From Candidatus Limnocylindria bacterium (GTDB lineage Bacteria; Chloroflexota; Limnocylindria; P2-11E): 64,000 nt of DNA. The notes beneath the pieces are model-generated. The model did no database searches and was not told the origin of the DNA. It saw only the letters and a program-made list of their open reading frames with translations. This document shows positions 37,959 to 44,950 of this stretch, one piece after another. Made by a program: the position numbers and the translations under genes. The number at the start of each line of letters is the position of its first letter. Within the stretch, counting starts at the first letter, position 1. The stretch covers positions 143 through 64,142 of the forward strand of contig DASSPF010000147.1 in assembly GCA_035699805.1 (NCBI GenBank), given 5' to 3'.

Positions 37959-39748
37959 CGCGGGTGCGTGGCCAGGTACGACGGGATCGTCGCGATCGGT
38001 GGGCGTTCGACGGTGGCGATGTCGTGCAGCTCCAGGTGGAGCCGGCCGCCCTGTGTGGTGATGAGCTTCAACGTCGAGTTGGCCTCCTCCACCAGACGCT
38101 CGCCGTGTGCCTCGCCGACGCGGCGCAGACCCACCTGCAGGATCTGGAACGCCATTCTGGAGAGTCCGAGCAGATCCTGGTTCCGGTGGATGCGCTGCTT
38201 CATGTCCACCTGGGCGATGGCGTCCAGCCCGGCGCGCTGGAGCGTGTCGATGAGCAGGCCGGTCTCGACGCCGTAGTTGTTGAAGAACGGCAGGCGCTCG
38301 AGCAGCGACCGGCGGCCGCCCTGCTCCCCCGAAAGCGGCTGCATGAGACCCGAGAGCTCGGGGAAGAAGAGGTTGAGGATCGGCCGCGCCACCAGCTCCG
38401 TCACGCGCCCGCCGCCGCTCGCCTGGAGCTCACCGGCGACGCGCAGCGGGCGCTGGTAGAACGCCTTCACGAACTGGATCTCGGGGCGCAGCAGCAGCGG
38501 ACCGAGGATCCCGTACACGAACTTCGGATGCGACTGCGTGACATCGGTGTCGATCCACACCACGAGATCGCCGGTGGTGACGTGCAGGCTCTTCCAGAGC
38601 GCCTCGCCCTTGCCGCGGTACGACCCGCACTCCGGAAGGATCTCGTCGTGGATGAAGACGGGGATCCCTTCGCTCCGCGCGATGTCGCGGGTCGCGTCCT
38701 CCGAACGCGAGTCGATGAGCACGAGCTCGTCGACCAGCGGGACCCGCTCCATGAGCCGCGAGCGCACCGCCTGGATGACCTTGCGGATGGTCGCCGCCTC
38801 GTTCAGCGCCGGCAGCGCGACCGAGATGCGCAGGTTCTGCCGCTCCTTCGATTCCACGAGACGGGCGAGGTTCGCGAACTCGCTCGAGCTGAACGTGTTG
38901 CGCACGAACCAGGCGTCCACGAGGTCGCCGATGGCCCGGCTGCGCTCGGCGCGGTCGGTCGGGAGGACGGTGTGGGGCAGGAACACCGGCGAGACCACCG
39001 GCATGGCGGTCCGGACGATCACCGCGGAGCGGGCCGCGGCCACGATCGCGAGGCCGACCGGGCCCAGCGGATCCTTGGACCCCTCCCGGCCGGTCGCGCC
39101 GAAGACGATCGCGTCGTGCTCGGCGAGCTCCTCGGTGATGATCGCGGCGGGGTCGCCGGTGCGCGTCACGAGGCGCTCGACGCGGTCATCGGTCGCGCGC
39201 TCTCCGAGGAGCTGGTAGAGCGTGGGCGACCGGCGCGCTCCCGGCGTGCGAACGTGGAGCATCGTCACCGTGCCGTCCTGTGCGGCGGCCCAGCCCGTCG
39301 CGATCTTCGCCGCGAGATCGGCGTAGCGGCCGCCGCGCACCGGGACGAGGATGCGACGGACGCGCGAGTGCGCGCCCTTCACCACCGCGAGGTCGCATGG
39401 CGGCGAGCGGAGGATCTGATCCACCGAGGTCCCGAGGTAATCCCAGCCCGGGCGGCGCCAACCGATCACCAGGAGATCGGGCCGCTCGCGCGCGATGAGC
39501 GTGACGATGGCGTCCCAGCCCTGCCGGCCGACGGTGACGTGCGTCCGCGTGGCCGAGCCGGCCGGCACGAGCTGATCGAGCGCGCGTCGCATCCGCTTGG
39601 CCTCCGGCTGCGCCGACGCGAGGAGCTCGCCTTCAGGCACCTCGATCACCGCCGCGAGGAGCAGCTCATCGCCACCCGCGAGCGCGGCGGCGAGCGACGC
39701 GAGCGCTCCCTCGCGCAGCGGGTCGGTGATGACCGCGAGGATCTTCAT
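37955..39748 (-). CDS. gpgS: Fusion of two N-terminal universal-stress-protein (UspA) domains with glucosyl-3-phosphoglycerate synthase (GT81, GpgS).
   Basis: Two USP-like modules ('MKILAVITD', 'RILVPVRGG'). The C-terminal half is close to mycobacterial GpgS: 'ALPALNEAATI', 'GKGEALWKSL', 'GGGRVTELVARPIL' and 'GLDAIAQV'. Confidence 0.75.
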   Translation of the reverse strand: MKILAVITDPLREGALASLAAALAGGDELLLAAVIEVPEGELLASAQPEAKRMRRALDQLVPAGSATRTHVTVGRQGWDAIVTLIARERPDLLVIGWRRPGWDYLGTSVDQILRSPPCDLAVVKGAHSRVRRILVPVRGGRYADLAAKIATGWAAAQDGTVTMLHVRTPGARRSPTLYQLLGERATDDRVERLVTRTGDPAAIITEELAEHDAIVFGATGREGSKDPLGPVGLAIVAAARSAVIVRTAMPVVSPVFLPHTVLPTDRAERSRAIGDLVDAWFVRNTFSSSEFANLARLVESKERQNLRISVALPALNEAATIRKVIQAVRSRLMERVPLVDELVLIDSRSEDATRDIARSEGIPVFIHDEILPECGSYRGKGEALWKSLHVTTGDLVVWIDTDVTQSHPKFVYGILGPLLLRPEIQFVKAFYQRPLRVAGELQASGGGRVTELVARPILNLFFPELSGLMQPLSGEQGGRRSLLERLPFFNNYGVETGLLIDTLQRAGLDAIAQVDMKQRIHRNQDLLGLSRMAFQILQVGLRRVGEAHGERLVEEANSTLKLITTQGGRLHLELHDIATVERPPIATIPSYLATHPR

Positions 39749-41100
39749 GCGCGGGCCTCGAGAATGACCGGCAGCACGCGGTCGCGCAGCACCCGCGGCC
39801 AGGCATGCGTCTTCGCCCGCGCGGCGAGCGCTGACCCGGGTGTCCCGAGCGCCCGCAGGAGCGCCGTGGCGATCGTCTCCCCGGTCGCGCGCACGCCCAC
39901 GTATGTCGCGGCGTCGCCGGCCACGGCGCGCAGCGTGGGCAGGTCGGAGCAGACGATCGGCAGGCGGTGCAGCCCGGCCTCGAGCGCCGGGATGCCGAAG
40001 CCCTCGCTCTCGCTCGGCAGGACGAGCGCGTCGGCGAGCGCGTACAGGTCGGCGACGACGCGATAGGAGGGCCGGATGCCGAGGGTCGCGAGGAGGTGCA
40101 CGCCGCCCACCCCGCGAGCCCGGCGCTCCAGCTCGTCCAGGTACGCCGCGTTCGTCCGGTTGTGCGGACCCGGCGAGCCGGTCACCACGAGCATCGCGTT
40201 CCGACCGCGCGCGCGCAGGGCGCCGACCGCGTCGATCGCGGCCTCGATGCGCTTGCGGCGCGTGATGCGGGCGGGCAGGAGCAGCAGCGGGTCGGCGTCA
40301 TGGAGCGCGAGGCGTGCAGCAAGACGCGCGCCGTATGTGGAAAGACCGAGCGCGGCGTCAATGTCGATGCCGTTGGGTACGACGGCGATCCTCCGGGTGG
40401 CGATGCCGGTGAGGGCCGCGAGCTGGCGCTGCCGCTCCTCCGACACGGCGACGTAGCGGACGCCTGCGATCGCGCGCGCGATGAGATCCCATGGCTCCCC
40501 GCGGTGCCGCTGGGACGCGTACTGCGGGTCGCACCACGCGAGATCGTGCGTCCACGCGATGACCCGGCCGGGATGGTCGCTCGCGAGGCGCGCGATCGCC
40601 TCCGCGAGGGCCAGGTTCTTGTGCATCGTGAGCACGTTGTGCACGACGACGCGGTCGGCGCGCGTGATGTGCGGACGGAGCGCGCGCTCGAGGCGCGCGA
40701 CGAGCGCCGCGTGCGATGCCAGGAGCTCGCCGCGCGCGAGCGCGTCGAAGTCCCGCTGGACGGCGGGGTGCCGCGAGTCCACCTCCGGGATGCGTGCGAG
40801 CCGGACGCCCCGTGGCGCGGCGCGACCGCGGCCGGCGACGATCGTCACCGACGCGCCGCTGTCGCGCAGCCCGGCCGCGTGCGCGCCCATCACCTGCTCG
40901 ACGCCACCCAGGATCTGGGGGGTCGTGTAGTGGATGAGGGTGACGCGTGCGTTGGTGGTCAGGCGAGCGATGTTGCCCCCGCGCGCGTCACGCGTCCACG
41001 CGCGCCGGCGACGCGGTCGCCGCCCTGGTGCCGGCGGACGCGGAACGACACCGGCGCGTCGAAGATGCGCAGGTCGCGGACGTCGATCCGCTCGAGCCAT
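39745..41100 (-). CDS. GT4-family (GT-B) glycosyltransferase.
   Basis: 'VTLIHYTTPQILGGVEQV' N-terminal GT4 motif and 'EGFGIPALEA'. The start is uncertain: no canonical start codon lies between the ATG at 41100 and the conserved N-terminus. With the 41100 start, its Arg/Pro-rich leader overlaps the upstream glycoside hydrolase gene by about 140 nt. Confidence 0.7.
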   Translation of the reverse strand: MARADRRPRPAHLRRAGVVPRPPAPGRRPRRRRAWTRDARGGNIARLTTNARVTLIHYTTPQILGGVEQVMGAHAAGLRDSGASVTIVAGRGRAAPRGVRLARIPEVDSRHPAVQRDFDALARGELLASHAALVARLERALRPHITRADRVVVHNVLTMHKNLALAEAIARLASDHPGRVIAWTHDLAWCDPQYASQRHRGEPWDLIARAIAGVRYVAVSEERQRQLAALTGIATRRIAVVPNGIDIDAALGLSTYGARLAARLALHDADPLLLLPARITRRKRIEAAIDAVGALRARGRNAMLVVTGSPGPHNRTNAAYLDELERRARGVGGVHLLATLGIRPSYRVVADLYALADALVLPSESEGFGIPALEAGLHRLPIVCSDLPTLRAVAGDAATYVGVRATGETIATALLRALGTPGSALAARAKTHAWPRVLRDRVLPVILEARA

Positions 41101-43070
41101 GGCGGGAGCGCGGGGTCAAGGAGGAGCCGCTGACTGCCGAGATCGGGCTCGGCACCCAGCAGCGTCCGGAGGCAGTGGAAGATCATCCCGGCCGACCAGG
41201 CCTGCGGGATGCACGAGACCAGGTAGTCCGCGGGCCGCGAGGAGAAGCGCAGATCGCGCTGGAAGCCGCAGAAGAGCTCGGGCAGCCGCGCATAGGGGAA
41301 GCGCCGTCCCGCTTCGACGAGGCCGCTCACGACCTCGTTCGCCTCTTCGCGGAATCCGTAGCGCGCCATCCCGTGCGCCGCGATGGCCGAGTCATGCGGC
41401 CAGACCGACCCGTTGTGGTAGCTCATCGGGTTGTACGTCGGGTACCGGGACGACAGCGTCCGGATGCCCCAGCCGGTGTACATGTCGGGCTCCATCAGCC
41501 GGCGCACCAGGAGCGCGGCGCGCTCGGGCGACGCGATGCGGCACCACAGCGCGTGCGCGGCGTTGCTCGTGACCGCGGGCACCTGTTTCTTCCGGCCATC
41601 CAGCGCCTGGGCGTAGCAGGCCGCTGCCGGCATCCAGAAATCGCGCTCGAAGCGCTGCTGGAGCTCCTTGGCCTCGCCGCGCAGCCGGTCCGCACGCTTG
41701 CCGTCGCCGTCCACGTCGTACAGATCCGCCAGGCCCATCTTCGCCGCGTAGACGTAGGCCTGCACCTCGACGAGCGCGGCCGGCAGCTCGGTCCAGCCGC
41801 CGTCGGGGTCCGAGAGCGACTCGGAAGAGTCCTTCCAGCCCTGACTGCGCAGTGCCGTTCCGCGCGCGCCGTACTCGACATAGCCGTCGCGGTCCGGATC
41901 GCCGTACGGGCCGTCACACCAGGTGAGCGCGCGCTCCGCGGCGGGCAGCAGGTCGCGCCACAGCGTGCGGTCGGCGGTCCACTTCACCGTCTCGGCGAAG
42001 ACGAGCGTGAAGAGCGGCGTCGCATCGACCGACCCGTAGTACGGACGGTGCGGGATCTCCCCCAGACGCGCGAGCTCGCCGCGGCGCAGCTCGTGGAAGA
42101 TCTTCCCGGGCTCCTCCTCGGTGAACTCGTCCACCTTCTGGCCCTGGTAGCGCGCGAGGAGCCGCAGCGTGCCGCGCGCCAGATCTGGATTCCAGCCGAG
42201 CGTCTGGTACGCGGACACCAGGCCGTCGCGGCCGAACGGCACCGCGTACCAGGGGATGCCCGCGGTCGGGTAGGGGCCGCCCTCGTGGAACTCCAGCAGC
42301 GCTCGGAGATCGAGCGCGCTCCGCGCGATGAGTCCGTCGTCGAGCGTCTCCGAGCTCGTCTCGTAGCGCGCGCACGAGCGGAGGAAGCGCCGGTACCTGG
42401 CGTTCAGCGCGTCGAGCGCGTCATCGAACCGCCCCGGGGACGGCGCCTCGCCCGCGCCGTCCTCGCGTGGGATGACCGAGAGCTCGATGGTGAGGACCTG
42501 CTGCGGCGCGAGGTCGCGCTCGATGCGCAGCCGGGCGCCGTCCCTGGCGTCGGGGGTCGGGCGGAGGATGATCTCGCTCGTGCGCCGCACGCCGTCGCGG
42601 CCGATGCGCTCGAAGACGAGACCGTCGGGGCGCTCGTCCATCGTCGCGGCCGCGCCCTCTTCCGTGGTGTCCGTATAGCCCCGGACGGTGAACATGTCGC
42701 GGAACGACGCCTCGAATTCGAGCTCGATCGTCACCTTCACCGGCCTGGGGTTGGCGTTCAGGACGCCGATGCGCTCGCGGAGGCCGTCGGTGAGGAACCG
42801 CGTGCGGCGGATGGACAGCGTCTCGGCGGCGTGGCGCGCAGTCCCGAGCACGGCGCCCTCGGTGTGCATGAGCTGGAATGTCGCGACGTAGTTCTGCTCG
42901 GTGTTCGCCGAGAGCAGGAGCGGCTGCGTGCCGTTCACGCGCATCACGTAGCCGGAGAGGAACTGCGTGTCGTGGTAGTACAGGCCGAGCGCGCTCGAGC
43001 TGCCGAGCGGCAGACTGCCGTCGTCCTCGCTGATGAGGACGAGCTGATCCTCCTTGAGCGAGGAGGTCAC
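40959..43070 (-). CDS. Glycoside hydrolase with a bacterial GDE N-terminal domain and an amylo-alpha-1,6-glucosidase-like (GH63/GH133-type, alpha/alpha-6 barrel) catalytic domain. Candidate glucosyl/mannosyl-glycerate or oligoglucan hydrolase.
   Basis: 'LGLYYHDTQFLSGY' GDE_N-like start. Length and pattern are typical of the family. The GTG start at 43070 overlaps the upstream GT-A gene stop by 4 nt. Confidence 0.6.
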   Translation of the reverse strand: MTSSLKEDQLVLISEDDGSLPLGSSSALGLYYHDTQFLSGYVMRVNGTQPLLLSANTEQNYVATFQLMHTEGAVLGTARHAAETLSIRRTRFLTDGLRERIGVLNANPRPVKVTIELEFEASFRDMFTVRGYTDTTEEGAAATMDERPDGLVFERIGRDGVRRTSEIILRPTPDARDGARLRIERDLAPQQVLTIELSVIPREDGAGEAPSPGRFDDALDALNARYRRFLRSCARYETSSETLDDGLIARSALDLRALLEFHEGGPYPTAGIPWYAVPFGRDGLVSAYQTLGWNPDLARGTLRLLARYQGQKVDEFTEEEPGKIFHELRRGELARLGEIPHRPYYGSVDATPLFTLVFAETVKWTADRTLWRDLLPAAERALTWCDGPYGDPDRDGYVEYGARGTALRSQGWKDSSESLSDPDGGWTELPAALVEVQAYVYAAKMGLADLYDVDGDGKRADRLRGEAKELQQRFERDFWMPAAACYAQALDGRKKQVPAVTSNAAHALWCRIASPERAALLVRRLMEPDMYTGWGIRTLSSRYPTYNPMSYHNGSVWPHDSAIAAHGMARYGFREEANEVVSGLVEAGRRFPYARLPELFCGFQRDLRFSSRPADYLVSCIPQAWSAGMIFHCLRTLLGAEPDLGSQRLLLDPALPPWLERIDVRDLRIFDAPVSFRVRRHQGGDRVAGARGRVTRAGATSLA

Positions 43071-44263
43071 GCCCGGATCTCGTCCTCGCGCACGACGTGA
43101 TCCTCCTTCACCTTCTCCATCGCGAGAGCACCCGCCTCGACGATGTCCTCGGCCTGGGCCGTCGTGAGGTCGTGCGCCTCTTCGATGAACTCGGCGACGC
43201 GCAGGTAGTAGAGCGGAAGGAGCCCCTGCGCGAGACGCTCGCTGTCGTCCGGCCGCCGAATGGCGGCACCGAGGAAGTCGAAGACGATGCGCGCCCAAAC
43301 ATCCGGACCGAGCACCTTCGGGATCGCAGCCGAGAGCACCTCATCCCAGAGCGCGCGCTGGGCGTCCGCGGTCGCCGCGTACTTCTGGCGAAGCCGCGCG
43401 GGATCGGCGTCGATCGCTTCCGGGTCGACCGGCTCGATGTCGCCCACGACCGGGACCGGTTTGGAGCCGGTGACCCGCCGCCACTGCGCCTGGTTCTCTC
43501 GTGCCAGGCGGAAGAGGGTGCCCACGACCTGCGTGAACATCGGGCCGAGGTCGGCCGCGGGGTCTTTGGGGTCGTGGATCTTCGCGCCGAGGAACGCCTG
43601 CGCGACGCGCGCCCTCCGCGAGACCGCGGTGGTGGTCATGAAGATGTCGATGCCGAATCGCGCGACGTCGCTCTCCCAGACGGGCTGGGCGAGGAAGGCG
43701 CGACCGAGATCCGCATGGAAGCCGAATTCGCCGCCGATCGGCTGGCGGATGCGCAGGCCGTACAGCGCGCGCGTGAGCGGATAGGCGATGGAGTTGGTGA
43801 TGGTCCCATCGTGCTTGTGCCGCGCGTAGAGCGGCGTGACGTAGTCGGCCTCGGCGCGCACGACCGGGCCGAGCAGCCGGCCGATCCACTGCGGCGTGAT
43901 GCTCCGCAGGTCGGAGTCCACCACCGCGCACGCGCGTGCGTCCAGCAGCGCCGCGGCCTGGAAGATCGCGCGGAACGCGGACCCCTTGCCCGGCGGGCCG
44001 ACGTACCGGCCGACGGCCACCGGGATGTCGGTCGCGGCCGCGGCGACCGCCTCGGGAGTCCCATCCTCGGAGCCGCCGTCGGCATTCACCAGCGCGACGC
44101 GGGCGTCCGGGAAGTGCTGACGCAGGCCGCGGGCGACGGTCGCGGCCACGTGGCCGATCGTCCCGGCGTTGCGGAAGCTCGGTATCCCGACGAGCAGGTC
44201 AGCCCTCTCGATCCTGGCGATGCCTTCCCGCAGACGGTCGTCGAGCGCGCTCTGATCGGGCAT
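43067..44263 (-). CDS. GT-A-fold glycosyltransferase (family not assigned), first gene of the glycoside/panC operon.
   Basis: 'LLVGIPSFRNAGTIGHV...ALVNADGGSEDGT...AVVDSDL' matches a GT-A nucleotide-sugar-binding and DxD-like region. ATG at 44263 preceded by a GGAGGA Shine-Dalgarno. Real gene at the C-terminal end of a 1460-aa artefactual ORF. Confidence 0.6.
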   Translation of the reverse strand: MPDQSALDDRLREGIARIERADLLVGIPSFRNAGTIGHVAATVARGLRQHFPDARVALVNADGGSEDGTPEAVAAAATDIPVAVGRYVGPPGKGSAFRAIFQAAALLDARACAVVDSDLRSITPQWIGRLLGPVVRAEADYVTPLYARHKHDGTITNSIAYPLTRALYGLRIRQPIGGEFGFHADLGRAFLAQPVWESDVARFGIDIFMTTTAVSRRARVAQAFLGAKIHDPKDPAADLGPMFTQVVGTLFRLARENQAQWRRVTGSKPVPVVGDIEPVDPEAIDADPARLRQKYAATADAQRALWDEVLSAAIPKVLGPDVWARIVFDFLGAAIRRPDDSERLAQGLLPLYYLRVAEFIEEAHDLTTAQAEDIVEAGALAMEKVKEDHVVREDEIRA

Positions 44264-44314
44264 GCGTCCTCCTTCTGAAGATGCCCTGCCCGCCCCTCGG
44301 CCATCATACGGAAT

Positions 44315-44947
44315 GTGCTCGAAGCCATAGACGCCATCGTCATCCCGTTCATCGACGCCCTGTACTCGCGTTTCGGCTACGTCGGGGTGGCCATCGCCAT
44401 GACCATCGAGAGCGCGGCGATCCCACTTCCCTCCGAGCTCATCCTGCCGTTCGCCGGTTGGAGCGTGTCGCGTGGCCTGATGGAGCCGCTCACCGGCAGC
44501 CAGTGGACGTACTGGGGCGCGGTGATCGCCGGTGTCGTGGGGAACACCGCCGGCTCGCTCCTCTCCTATGCGGTCGGGGCATACGGCGGACGGCCGCTCG
44601 TCGAGCGCTACGGCAAGTACGTCCTCATCAGCGCGCACGACATCGAGCTCGCGGAGCGCTGGTTCGCGCGCTATGGCGAGGCGACGGTCTTCTTCTCGCG
44701 GATGCTCCCGATCGTCCGCACGTTCATCTCCGTGCCCGCGGGCGTCGCGCGCATGCCGCTCTGGCGCTTCACGCTCTTCTCGGTGCTCGGCGCGGTCCCC
44801 TGGGTGATGCTGCTCGTCTGGGGCGGCATGGTCCTCGGTGACCACTGGCTGGAACTGAAGCACTCGCTGAAGGGCCTCGACTACCTCGTCGCGGCGGTGA
44901 TCGTCGCCGGAGTGGGGATCTTCGTCTGGCGCCACGTGAAGCGTTAG
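44315..44947 (+). CDS. DedA-family (TVP38/SNARE-associated) membrane protein.
   Basis: 'GYVGVAIAMTIESAAIPLPSE' and 'FFSRMLPIVRTFISVPAGVARMP' are DedA core motifs. About 4 TM helices. Confidence 0.8.
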   Translation: MLEAIDAIVIPFIDALYSRFGYVGVAIAMTIESAAIPLPSELILPFAGWSVSRGLMEPLTGSQWTYWGAVIAGVVGNTAGSLLSYAVGAYGGRPLVERYGKYVLISAHDIELAERWFARYGEATVFFSRMLPIVRTFISVPAGVARMPLWRFTLFSVLGAVPWVMLLVWGGMVLGDHWLELKHSLKGLDYLVAAVIVAGVGIFVWRHVKR

Positions 44948-44950
44948 CGG

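Noticed and set aside
40947-43100. 717-aa plus-strand ORF antisense to the GDE-like glycoside hydrolase.
   Set aside because: Arg/Glu/Val-rich with no motifs. The opposite strand has a conserved GDE N-terminal domain.
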